In this document: in pieces, positions 29,121-41,991 of the stretch
Numbering within the stretch: position 1 is the first letter of the stretch
Layout: each line of letters starts with the position of its first letter
Origin: Antedon mediterranea
Lineage: Eukaryota; Animalia; Echinodermata
NCBI RefSeq assembly: GCF_964355755.1
Contig: NC_092680.1
Location: forward strand, 11,842,001 to 11,906,000
Direction of reading: 5' to 3'
Length of the DNA stretch: 64,000 bases
The notes under the pieces: model-generated
The model's input: only the letters and a program-made list of their open reading frames with translations
Told to the model about the DNA's origin: nothing
Databases searched by the model: none
Program-made: the position numbers and the translations under genes

Positions 29121-32100
29121 TGTTAACAAGTTTTTTCGAAAATCACAAAATGGTCTAAAACGTCTCCAAATGCGATTTGAAGATATTCTGAGCACTTTGG
29201 TGTTTTTATGTTAAAAAGTTTTTTCGAAAATCACAAAATAGTCTAAAACGTCTCCAAATGCGATTTGAAGCTATTCTGTACACTTTGATGTTTTGTGTGA
29301 AAAAGTTTTGTCGAAATGCTCAAAATGGTCTAAAACGTTTTTAAAACGATATTAAGCTATTTTGTGCTCTTTGATGTTTTTGTGTAACCAAGTTTCATCG
29401 AAAATCACAAAATGGTCTAAAACGTCTCCAAATGCGATTTGAAGCTTTTCTAAGCACTTTGGTGTTTTTATGTTAACAAGTTTTTTCGAAAATCACGAAA
29501 TGGTCTAAAATGTCTCCAAATGCGATTTGAAGATATTCTGAGCACTTTGGTGTTTTTATGTTAAAACGTTTTTTCGAAAATCACAAAATGGTCTAAAACG
29601 TTTTTAAATACGATATTAAGCTATTTTGTGATCTTTGATGTTTTTGTGTGAAAAGTTTTATCGAAATGCTCAAAATGGTCTAAAACGGTTTCTAATGCGA
29701 TTTGAAGCTATTCTGTACACTTTGAAGTTTTTTGTGAAAAAGTTTTCTCGAAATGCTCAAAATGGTCTATAACGTTTTTATATACCATATTAAGCTATTT
29801 TGTGCACTTTGATGTTTTTTGTGAAAAGTTTTATCGAAATTCTCAAAATGGTCTAAAACGGTTTCTATTGTGATTTTAAGCACTTTGATGATTTTGTGTA
29901 ACCAAGTTTCATCGAAATGTACAAAATGGTCTAAAACGTCTCCAAATGCGATTTGAAGCTCTTCTGTACACTTTGATGTTTTGTGTGAAAAAGTTTTGTC
30001 GAAATTCTCAAAATGGTCTAAAACGTTTTTAAATACGATATTAAGCTGTTTTGTGCACTTTGATGATTTGTGTGAAAAGTTTTAACGAAATGCTCAAAAT
30101 GGTCAAAAATGGTTTCTAATGTGATTTTAAGCACTTTGATGTTTTTGTGTAACCAAGTTTTTTAAAAAATCACAAAATGGTCTAAAACGTCTCCAAATGC
30201 GATTTGAAGCTTTTCTAAGCACTTTGGTGTTTTTTTGTTAACAAGTTTTTTCGAAAATCACAAAATGGTCTAAAACGTCTCCAAATGCGATTTGAAGCTC
30301 TTCTGTACACTTTGATGTTTTGTGTGAAAAAGTTTTGTCGAAATTCTCAAAATGGTCTAAAACGTTTTTAAATACGATATTAAGCTGTTTTGTGCACTTT
30401 GATGATTTGTGTGAAAAGTTTTAACGAAATGCTCAAAATGGTCAAAAACGGTTTCTAATGTGATTTTAAGCACTTTGATGATTTTGTGTAACCAAGTTTC
30501 ATCGAAATGTACAAAATGGTCTAAAACGTCTCCAAATGCGATTTGAAGCTATTCTAAGTACTTTTGTGTTTTTATGTTAACAAGTTTTTTCGAAAATCAC
30601 AAAATGGTCTAAAACGTCTTCAAATGCGATTTGAAGCTATTCTGTACACTTTGAAGTTTTGTGTGAAAAAGTTTTGTCGAAATGCTCAAAATGGTCAAAA
30701 ACGGTTTCTAATGTGATTTTAAGCACTTTGATGTTTTTGTGTAACCAAGTTTTTTAAAAAATCACAAAATGGTCTAAAACGTCTCCAAATGCGATTTGAA
30801 GCTTTTCTAAGCACTTTGGTGTTTTTATGTTAACAAGTTTTTTCGAAAATCAATAAATGGTCTAAAACGTCTCCAAATGCGATTTGAAGATATTCTGAGC
30901 ACTTTGGTGTTTTTATGTTAAAAAGTTTTTTCGAAAATCACAAAATAGTCTAAAACGTCTCAAAATGCGATTTGAAGCTATTCTGTACACTTTGATGTTT
31001 TGTGTGAAAAAGTTTTGTCGAAATGCTCAAAATGGTCTAAAACGTTTTTAAAACGATATTAAGCTATTTTGTGCTCTTTGATGTTTTTGTGTAACCAAGT
31101 TTCATCGAAAATCACAAAATGGTCTAAAACGTCTCAAAATGCGATTTGAAGCTTTTCTAAGGACTTTGGTGTTTTTATGTTAAGAAGTTTTTTCGAAAAT
31201 CACGAAATGGTCTAAAATGTCTCCAAATGCGATTTGAAGATATTCTGAGCACTTTGGTGTTTTTATGTTAAAAAGTTTTTTCGAAAATCACAAAATGGTC
31301 TAAAACGTCTTCAAATGCGATTTGAAGCTATTCTGTACACTTTGATGTTTTGTGTGAAAAAGTTTTGTCAAAATGCTCAAAATGGTCTAAAAAGTTTTTA
31401 AAACGATATTAAGCTATTTTGTGCTCTTTGATGTTTTTGTGTAACCAAGTTTTATCGAAAATCAAAAAATGGTCTAAAACGTCTCCAAATGCGATTTGAA
31501 GCTTTTCTAAGCACTTTGGTGTTTTTATGTTAACAAGTTTTTTCGAAAATCACAAAATGGTCTAAAACGTCTCCAAATGCGATTTGAAGCTCTTCTGTAC
31601 ACTTTGATGTTTTGTGTGAAAAAGTTTTGTCGAAATTCTCAAAATGGTCTAAAACGTTTTTAAATACGATATTAAGCTGTTTTGGGCACTTTGATGATTT
31701 GTGTGAAAAGCTTTAACGAAATGCTCAAAATGGTCAAAAACGGTTTCTAATGTGATTTTAAGCACTTTGATGTTTTTGTGTAACCAAGTTTTTTCGAAAA
31801 TCACAAAATTGTCTAAAACGTCTCCAAATGCGATTTGAAGCTTTTCTAAGCACTTTGGTGTTTTTATGTTAACAAGTTTTTTCGAAAATCACAAAATGGT
31901 CTAAAACGTCTCCAAATGCGATTTGAAGATATTCTGAGCACTTTGGTGTTTTTATGTTAAAAAGTTTTTTCGAAAATCACAAAATAGTCTAAAACGTCTC
32001 CAAATGCGATTTGAAGCTATTCTGTACACTTTGATGTTTTGTGTGAAAAAGTTTTGTCGAAATGCTCAAAATGGTCTAAAACGTTTTTAAAACGATATTA

Positions 32101-33220
32101 AGCTATTTTGTGCTCTTTGATGTTTTTGTGTAACCAAGTTTCATCGAAAATCACAAAATGGTCTAAAACGTCTCCAAATGCGATTTGAAGCTTTTCTAAG
32201 CACTTTGGTGTTTTTATGTTAACAAGTTTTTTCGAAAATCACGAAATGGTCTAAAATGTCTCCAAATGCGATTTGAAGATATTCTGAGCACTTTGGTGTT
32301 TTTATGTTAAAACGTTTTTTCGAAAATCACAAAATGGTCTAAAACGTTTTTAAATACGATATTAAGCTATTTTGTGATCTTTGATGTTTTTGTGTGAAAA
32401 GTTTTATCGAAATGCTCAAAATGGTCTAAAACGGTTTCTAATGCGATTTGAAGCTATTCTGTACACTTTGAAGTTTTTTGTGAAAAAGTTTTCTCGAAAT
32501 GCTCAAAATGGTCTATAACGTTTTTATATACCATATTAAGCTATTTTGTGCACTTTGATGTTTTTTGTGAAAAGTTTTATCGAAATTCTCAAAATGGTCT
32601 AAAACGGTTTCTATTGTGATTTTAAGCACTTTGATGATTTTGTGTAACCAAGTTTCATCGAAATGTACAAAATGGTCTAAAACGTCTCCAAATGCGATTT
32701 GAAGCTCTTCTGTACACTTTGATGTTTTGTGTGAAAAAGTTTTGTCGAAATTCTCAAAATGGTCTAAAACGTTTTTAAATACGATATTAAGCTGTTTTGT
32801 GCACTTTGATGATTTGTGTGAAAAGTTTTAACGAAATGCTCAAAATGGTCAAAAATGGTTTCTAATGTGATTTTAAGCACTTTGATGTTTTTGTGTAACC
32901 AAGTTTTTTAAAAAATCACAAAATGGTCTAAAACGTCTCCAAATGCGATTTGAAGCTTTTCTAAGCACTTTGGTGTTTTTTTGTTAACAAGTTTTTTCGA
33001 AAATCACAAAATGGTCTAAAACGTCTCCAAATGCGATTTGAAGCTCTTCTGTACACTTTGATGTTTTGTGTGAAAAAGTTTTGTCGAAATTCTCAAAATG
33101 GTCTAAAACGTTTTTAAATACGATATTAAGCTGTTTTGTGCACTTTGATGATTTGTGTGAAAAGTTTTAACGAAATGCTCAAAATGGTCAAAAACGGTTT
33201 CTAATGTGATTTTAAGCACT
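27715..33220 (+). repeat. Tandem duplication within satellite, 2746-bp unit (approximate ends)
   Basis: CAATAAATGG at 28105/30851 and GGTCTATAACG at 29770/32516, offset 2746. Confidence 0.88.
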
Positions 33221-35499
33221 TTGATGTTTTTGTGTAACCAAGTTTTTTCGAAAATCACAAAATGGTCTAAAACGTCTCCAAATGCGATTTGAAGCTTTTC
33301 TAAGCACTTTGGTGTTTTTATGTTAACAAGTTTTTTCGAAAATCACAAAATGGTCTAAAACGTCTCCAAATGCGATTGAAGATATTCTGAGCACTTTGGT
33401 GTTTTTATGTTAAAAAGTTTTTTCGAAAATCACAAAATGGTCTAAAACGTCTTCAAATGCGATTTGAAGCTATTCTGTACACTTTGATGTTTTGTGTGAA
33501 AAAGTTTTGTCGAAATGCTCAAAATGGTCTTAAACGGTTTCTAATGCGATTTGAAGCTATTCTGTACACTTTGAAGTTTTGTGTGAAAAAGTTTTCTCGA
33601 AATGCTCAAAATGGTCTAAAACGTTTTTATATACCATATTAAGCTATTTTGTGCACTTTGATGTTTTTTGTGAAAAGTTTTATCGAAATTCTCAAAATGG
33701 TCTAAAACGGTTTCTATTGTGATTTTAAGCACTTTGATGATTTTGTGTAACCAAGTTTCATCGAAATGTACAAAATGGTCTAAAACGTCTCCAAATGCGA
33801 TTTGAAGCTATTCTAAGTACTTTTGTGTTTTTATGTTAACAAGTTTTTTCGAAAATCACAAAATGGTCTAAAACGTCTTCAAATGCGATTTGAAGCTATT
33901 CTGTACACTTTGATGTTTTGTGTGAAAAAGTTTTGTCGAAATGCTCAAAATGGTCTAAAACGTTTTTAAATACGATATTAAGCTATTTTGTGATCTTTGA
34001 TGTTTTTGTGTGAAAAGTTTTATCGAAATGCTCAAAATGGTCTAAAACGGTTTCTATTGTGATTTTAAGCACTTTGATGATTTTGTGTAACCAAGTTTCA
34101 TCGAAATGTACAAAATGGTCTAAAACGTCTCCAAATGCGATTTGAAGCTATTCTAAGTACTTTTGTGTTTTTATGTTAACAAGTTTTTTCGAAAATCACA
34201 AAATGGTCTAAAACGTCTTCAAATGCGATTTGAATCTATTCTGTACACTTTGGTGTTTTTATGTTAAAAAGTTTTTTTGAAAATCACAAAAAGGTCTAAA
34301 ACGTCTCAAAATGCGATTTGAAGCTATTCTGTACACTTTGATGTTTTGTGTGAAAAAGTTTTGTCGAAATGCTCAAAATGGTCTAAAACGTTTTTAAAAC
34401 GATATTAAGCTATTTTGTGCTCTTTGATGTTTTTGTTTAACCAAGTTTCATCGAAAATCACAAAATGGTCTAAAACGTTTCCAAATGCGATTTGAAGCTC
34501 TTCTGTACACTTTGATGTTTTGTGTGAAAAAGTTTTGTCGAAATTCTCAAAATGGTCTAAAACGTTTTTAAATACGATATTAAGCTGTTTTGTGCACTTA
34601 GATGATTTGTGTGAAAAGTTTTAACGAAATGCTCAAAATGGTCAAAAACGGTTTCTAATGTGATTTTAAGCACTTTGATGTTTTTGTGTAACCAAGTTTT
34701 TTCGAAAATCACAAAATGGTCTAAAACGTCTCCAAATGCGATTTGAAGCTTTTCTAAGCACTTTGGTGTTTTTATGTTAACAAGTTTTTTTGAAAATCAC
34801 AAAATGGTCTAAAACGTCTCCAAATGCGATTTGAAGATATTCTGAGCACTTTGGTGTTTTTATGTTAAAAAGTTTTTTCGAAAATCACAAAATAGTCTAA
34901 AACGTCTCCAAATGCGATTTGAAGCTATTCTGTACACTTTGATGTTTTGTGTGAAAAAGTTTTGTCGAAATACTCAAAATGGTCTAAAACGTTTTTAAAA
35001 CGATATTAAGCTATTTTGTGCTCTTTGATGTTTTTGTGTAACCAAGTTTCATCGAAAATCACAAAATGGTCTAAAACGTCTCCAAATGCGATTTGAAGCT
35101 TTTCTAAGCACTTTGGTGTTTTTATGTTAACAAGTTTTTTTCGAAAATCACGAAATGGTCTAAAACGTCTCCAAATGCGATTTGAAGATATTCTGAGCAC
35201 TTTGGTGTTTTTATGTTAAAAAGTTTTTTCGAAAATCACAAAATGGTCTAAAACGTCTCCAAATGCGATTTGAAGCTCTTCAGTACACTTTGATGTTTTA
35301 TGTGAAAAAGTTTTGTCGAAATGCTCAAAATGGTCTAAAACGTTTTTAAATACGATATTAAGCTGTTTTGTGCACTTTAATGATTTGTGTGAAAAGTTTT
35401 AACGAAATGCTCAAAATGGTCTAAAACGGTTTCTAATGTGATTTTAAGCACTTTGATGTTTTTGTGTAACCAAGTTTTTTCGAAAATCACAAAATGGTC

Positions 35500-37950
35500 T
35501 AAAACGTCTCCAAATGCGATTTGAAGCTTTTCTAAGCACTTTGGTGTTTTTATGTTAACAAGTTTTTTCGAAAATCACAAAATGGTCTAAAACGTCTCCA
35601 AATGCGATTTGAGGATATTCTGAGCACTTTGGTGTTTTTATGTTAAAAAGTTTTTTCGAAAATCACAAAATGGTCTAAAACGTCTCCAAATGCGATTTGA
35701 AGCTATTCTGTACACTTTGATGTTTTGTGTGAAAAAGTTTTGTCGAAATGCTCAAAATGGTCTAAAACGTTTTTAAAACGATATTAAGCTATTTTGTGCT
35801 CTTTGATGTTTTGTGTGAAAAAGTTTTTTCGAAAATCACAAAATGGTCTAAAACGTCTCCAAATGCGATTTGAAGCTTTTCCAAGCACTTTGCTGTTTTT
35901 ATGTTAACAAGTTTTTTCGAAAATCACAAAATGGTCTAAAACGTCTCCAAATGCGATTTGAAGCTATTCTGTACACTTTGATGTTTTGTGTGAAAAAGTT
36001 TTGTCGAAATGCTCAAAATGGTCTAAAACGTTTTTAAATACGATATTAAGCTATTTTGTGATCTTTGATGTTTTTGTGTGAAAAGTTTTATCGAAATGCT
36101 CAAAATGGTCTGAAACGGTTTCTAATGCGATTTGAAGCTATTCTGTACACTTTGAAGTTTTTTGTGAAAAAGTTTTCTCGAAATGCTCAAAATGGTCTAA
36201 AACGTTTTTATATACCATATTAAGCTATTTTGTGCACTTTGATGTTTTTTGTGAAAAGTTTTATCGAAATGCTCAAAATGGTCTAAAACGGTTTCTATTG
36301 TGATTTTAAGCACTTTGATGATTTTGTGTAACCAAGTTTCATCGAAATGTACAAAATGGTCTAAAACGTCTCCAAATGCGATTTGAAGCTATTCTAAGTA
36401 CTTTTGTGTTTTTATGTTAACAAGTTTTTTCGAAAATCACAAAATGGTCTAAAACGTCTTCAAATGCGATTTGAAGCTATTCTGTACACTTTTATGTTTT
36501 GTGTGAAAAAGTTTTGTCGAAATTCTCAAAATGGTCTAAAACGTTTTTAAATACGATATTAAGCTGTTTTGTGCACTTTGATGATTTGTGTGAAAAGTTT
36601 TAACGAAATGCTCAAAATGGTCAAAAACGGTTTCTAATGTGATTTTAAGCACTTTGATGTTTTTGTGTAACCAAGTTTTTTCAAAAATCACAAAATGGTC
36701 TAAAACGTCTCCAAATGCGATTTGAAGCTTTTCTAAGCACTTTGGTGTTTTTATGTTAACAAGTTTTTTCGAAAATCACAAAATGGTCTAAAACGTCTCC
36801 AAATGCGATTTGAGGATATTCTGAGCACTTTGGTGTTTTTATGTTAAAAAGTTTTTTCGAAAATCACAAAATGGTCTAAAACGTCTCCAAATGCGATTTG
36901 AAGCTATTCTGTACACTTTGATGTTTTGTGTGAAAAAGTTTTGTCGAAATGCTCAAAATGGTCTAAAACGTTTTTAAAACGATATTAAGCTATTTTGTGC
37001 TCTTTGATGTTTTGTGTGAAAAAGTTTTTTCGAAAATCACAAAATGGTCTAAAACGTCTCCAAATGCGATTTGAAGCTTTTCCAAGCACTTTGCTGTTTT
37101 TATGTTAACAAGTTTTTTCGAAAATCACAAAATGGTCTAAAACGTCTCCAAATGCGATTTGAAGCTATTCTGTACACTTTGATGTTTTGTGTGAAAAAGT
37201 TTTGTCGAAATGCTCAAAATGGTCTAAAACGTTTTTAAATACGATATTAAGCTATTTTGTGATCTTTGATGTTTTTGTGTGAAAAGTTTTATCGAAATGC
37301 TCAAAATGGTCTGAAACGGTTTCTAATGCGATTTGAAGCTATTCTGTACACTTTGAAGTTTTTTGTGAAAAAGTTTTCTCGAAATGCTCAAAATGGTCTA
37401 AAACGTTTTTATATACCATATTAAGCTATTTTGTGCACTTTGATGTTTTTTGTGAAAAGTTTTATCGAAATGCTCAAAATGGTCTAAAACGGTTTCTATT
37501 GTGATTTTAAGCACTTTGATGATTTTGTGTAACCAAGTTTCATCGAAATTTACAAAATGGTCTAAAACGTCTCCAAATGCGATTTGAAGCTATTCTAAGT
37601 ACTTTTGTGTTTTTATGTTAACAAGTTTTTTCGAAAATCACAAAATGGTCTAAAACGTCTTCAAATGCGATTTGAAGCTATTCTGTACACTTTTATGTTT
37701 TGTGTGAAAAAGTTTTGTCGAAATTCTCAAAATGGTCTAAAACGTTTTTAAATACGATATTAAGCTGTTTTGTGCACTTTGATGATTTGTGTGAAAAGTT
37801 TTAACGAAATGCTCAAAATGGTCAAAAACGGTTTCTAATGTGATTTTAAGCACTTTGATGTTTTTGTGTAACCAAGTTTTTTCAAAAATCACAAAATGGT
37901 CTAAAACGTCTCCAAATGCGATTTGAAGCTTTTCTAAGCACTTTGGTGTT
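35500..37950 (+). repeat. Tandem duplication within satellite, 1201-bp unit (approximate ends)
   Basis: Hybrid monomer GCTCTTTGATGTTTTGTGTGAAAAAGTTTTTTCG at ~35811/37012 and GGTCTGAAAC at 36112/37313. Confidence 0.85.
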
Positions 37951-39199
37951 TTTATGTTAACAAGTTTTTTCGAAAATCACAAAATGGTCTAAAACGTCTC
38001 CAAATGCGATTTGAAGATATTCTGAGCACTTTGGTGTTTTTATGTTAAAAAGTTTTTTCGAAAATCACAAAATAGTCTAAAACGTCTCCAAATGCGATTT
38101 GAAGCTATTCTGTACACTTTGATGTTTTGTGTGAAAAAGTTTTGTCGAAATGCTCAAAATGGTCTAAAACGTTTTTAAAACGATATTAAGCTATTTTGTG
38201 CTCTTTGATGTTTTTGTGTAACCAAGTTTCATCGAAAATCACAAAATGGTCTAAAACGTCTCAAAATGCGATTTGAAGCTTTTCTAAGCACTTTGGTGTT
38301 TTTATGTTAACAAGTTTTTTCGATAATCACGAAATGGTCTAAAATGTCTCCAAATGCGATTTGAAGATATTCTGAGCACTTTGGTGTTTTTATGTTAAAA
38401 AGTTTTTTCGAAAATCACAAAATGGTCTAAAACGTCTCCAAATGCGATTTGAAGCTCTTCTGTACACTTTGATGTTTTGTGTGAAAAAGTTTTGTCGAAA
38501 TGCTCAAAATGGTCTAAAACGTTTTTAAATACGATATTAAGCTGTTTTGTGCACTTTGATGATTTGTGTGAAAAGTTTTAACGAAATGCTCAAAATGGTC
38601 TAAAACGGTTTCTAATGTGATTTTAAGCACTTTGATGTTTTTGTGTAACCAAGTTTTTTCGAAAATCACAAAATAGTCTAAAACGTCTCCAAATGCGATT
38701 TGAAGCTTTTCTAAGCACTTTGGTGTTTTTATGTTAACAAGTTTTTTCGAAAATCACAAAATGGTCTAAAACGTCTCCAAATGCGATTTGAGGATATTCT
38801 GAGCACTTTGGTGTTTTTTTGTTAAAAAGTTTTTTCGAAAATCACAAAATGGTCTAAAACGTCTCCAAATGCGATTTGAAGCTATTCTGTACACTTTGAT
38901 GTTTTGTGTGAAAAAGTTTTGTCGAAATGCTCAAAATGGTCTAAAACGTTTTTAAATACGATATTAAGCTATTTTGTGATCTTTGATGTTTTTGTGTGAA
39001 AAGTTTTATCGAAATGCTCAAAATGGTCTAAAACGGTTTCTATTGTGATTTTAAGCACTTTGATGATTTTGTGTAACCAAGTTTCATCGAAATGTACAAA
39101 ATGGTCTAAAACGTCTCCAAATGCGATTTGAAGCTATTCTAAGTACTTTTGTGTTTTTATGTTAACAAGTTTTTTCGAAAATCACAAAATGGTCTAAAA

Positions 39200-41120
39200 C
39201 GTCTTCAAATGCGATTTGAAGCTATTCTGTACACTTTGATGTTTTGTGTGAAAAAGTTTTGTCAAAATGCTCAAAATGGTCTAAAACGTTTTTAAAACGA
39301 TATTAAGCTATTTTGTGCTCTTTGATGTTTTTGTGTAACCAAGTTTCATCGAAAATCACAAAATGGTCTAAAACGTCTCCAAATGCGATTTGAAGCTTTT
39401 CTAAGCACTTTGGTGTTTTTATGTTAACAAGTTTTTTCGAAAATCACAAAATGGTCTAAAACGTCTCCAAATGCGTTTTGAAGCTCTTCTGTACACTTTG
39501 ATGTTTTGTTTGAAAAAGTTTTGTCGAAATTTTCAAAATGGTCTAAAACGTTTTTAAATACGATATTAAGCTGTTTTGTGCACTTTGATGATTTGTGTGA
39601 AAAGTTTTAACGAAATGCTCAAAATTGTCTAAAACGGTTTCTAATGTGATTTTAAGCACTTTGATGTTTTTGTGTAACCAAGTTTTTTCGAAAATCACAA
39701 AATAGTCTAAAACGTCTCCAAATGCGATTTGAAGCTTTTCTAAGCACTTTGGTGTTTTTATGTTAACAAGTTTTTTCGAAAATCACAAAATGGTCTAAAA
39801 CGTCTCCAAATGCGATTTGAGGATATTCTGAGCACTTTGGTGTTTTTTTGTTAAAAAGTTTTTTCGAAAATCACAAAATGGGCTAAAACGTCTCCAAATG
39901 CGATTTGAAGCTATTCTGTACACTTTGATGTTTTGTGTGAAAAAGTTTTGTCGAAATGCTCAAAATGGTCTAAAACGTTTTTAAATACGATATTAAGCTA
40001 TTTTGTGATCTTTGATGTTTTTGTGTGAAAAGTTTTATCGAAATGCTCAAAATGGTCTAAAACGTTTTTAAAACGATATTAAGCTATTTTGTGCTCTTTG
40101 ATGTTTTTGTGTAACCAAGTTTCATCGAAAATCACAAAATGGTCTAAAACGTCGCCAAATGCGATTTGAAGCTATTCTGTACACTTTGATGTTTTGTGTG
40201 AAAAAGTTTTGTCGAAATGCTCAAAATGGTCTAAAACGTTTTTAAAACGATATTAAGCTATTTTGTGCTCTTTGATGTTTTTGTGTAACCAAGTTTCATC
40301 GAAAATCACAAAATGGTCTAAAACGTCTCCAAATGCGATTTGAAGCTTTTCTAAGCACTTTGGTGTTTTTATGTTAACAAGTTTTTTCGAAAATCACAAA
40401 ATGGTCTAAAACGTCTCCAAATGCGATTTGAAGCTCTTCTGTACACTTTGATGTTTTGTTTGAAAAAGTTTTGTCGAAATTTTCAAAATGGTCTAAAACG
40501 TTTTTAAATACGATATTAAGCTGTTTTGTGCACTTTGATGATTTGTGTGAAAAGTTTTAACGAAATGCTCAAAATGGTCTAAAACGGTTTCTAATGTGAT
40601 TTTAAGCACTTTGATGTTTTTGTGTAACCAAGTTTTTTCGAAAATCACAAAATAGTCTAAAACGTCTCCAAATGCGATTTGAAGCTTTTCTAAGCACTTT
40701 GGTGTTTTTATGTTAACAAGTTTTTTCGAAAATCACAAAATGGTCTAAAACGTCTCCAAATGCGATTTGAGGATATTCTGAGCACTTTGGTGTTTTTTTG
40801 TTAAAAAGTTTTTTCGAAAATCACAAAATGGTCTAAAACGTCTCCAAATGCGATTTGAAGCTATTCTGTACACTTTGATGTTTTGTGTGAAAAAGTTTTG
40901 TCGAAATGCTCAAAATGGTCTAAAACGTTTTTAAATACGATATTAAGCTATTTTGTGATCTTTGATGTTTTTGTGTGAAAAGTTTTATCGAAATGCTCAA
41001 AATGGTCTAAAACGTTTTTAAAACGATATTAAGCTATTTTGTGCTCTTTGATGTTTTTGTGTAACCAAGTTTCATCGAAAATCACAAAATGGTCTAAAAC
41101 GTCGCCAAATGCGATTTGAA
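39200..41120 (+). repeat. Tandem duplication within satellite, 950-bp unit (approximate ends)
   Basis: GAAATTTTCAAAATG at 39531/40481 and GTCGCCAAAT at 40151/41101. Confidence 0.85.
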
Positions 41121-41661
41121 GCTTTTCTAAGAACTTTGGTGTTTTTATGTTAACAAGTTTTTTCGAAAATCTTGAAATGGTCTAAAATGTCTCCAAATGC
41201 GATTTGAAGATATTCTGAGCACTTTGGTGTTTTTATGTTAAAAAGTTTTTTCGAAAATCACAAAATGGTCTAAAACGTCTCCAAATGCGATTTGAAGCTC
41301 TTCTGTACACTTTGATGTTTTGTGTGAAAAAGATTTGTCGATATGCTCAAAATGGTCTAAAACGTTTTTAAATACGATATTAAGCTGTTTTGTGCACTTT
41401 AATGATTTATGTGAAAAGTTTTACGAAATGCTCAAAATGGTCTAAAACGGTTTCTAATGTGATTTTAAGCACTTTGATGTTTTTGTGTAACCAAGTTTTT
41501 TCGAAAATCACAAAATGGTCTAAAACGTCTCCAAATGCGATTTCAAGCTTTTCTAAGCACTTTGGTGTTTTTATGTTAACAAGTTTTTTCGAAAATCACA
41601 AAATGGTCTAAAACGTCTCCAAATGCGATTTGAGGATATTCTGAGCACGTTGGTGTTTTTG

Positions 41662-41756
41662 AAACTTTATCACACAAAACATCAAAGTGTACAGAATAGC
41701 TTCAAATGCGATTTGAAGCTATTCTGTACACTTTGATGTTTTGTGTGAAAAAGTTT
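41662..41756. repeat. Fold-back inverted repeat: 46-bp arms, 3-nt spacer (GCG), 1 mismatch
   Basis: 41662-41707 AAACTTTATCACACAAAACATCAAAGTGTACAGAATAGCTTCAAAT is the reverse complement (45/46) of 41711-41756 ATTTGAAGCTATTCTGTACACTTTGATGTTTTGTGTGAAAAAGTTT. Confidence 0.97.
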
Positions 41757-41991
41757 TGTCGAAATGCTCAAAATGGTCTAAAACGTTTTTAAATACGATA
41801 TTAGGCTATTTTGTGATCTTTGATGTTTTTGTGTGAAAAGTTTTATCGAAATGCTCAAAATGGTCTAAAACGGTTTCTATTGTGATTTTAAGCACTTTGA
41901 TGATTTTGTGTAACCAAGTTTCATCGAAATGTACAAAATGGTCTAAAACGTCTCCAAATGCGATTTGAAGCTATTCTAAGTACTTTTGTGT

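Larger units (their letters stand above)
1..41991 (+). repeat. Tandem satellite DNA array, ~87-bp monomer family (86/87/88/78-bp classes), left arm
   Basis: The anchor GTCTAAAAC recurs at 56, 143, 230, 318, 405, 491, 569, 657, 745, 832, 919, 997, 1085..., giving spacings of 87,87,88,87,86,78,88,88,87,87,78,88. The repeat is head-to-tail up to the foreign insert; one representative monomer is 30/87 G+C. Confidence 0.99.

Noticed and set aside
41662-41756. Hairpin as terminator, miRNA precursor or MITE
   Set aside because: Both arms are pure satellite sequence with no TSD or gene context. Fold-back copying is a sufficient explanation.
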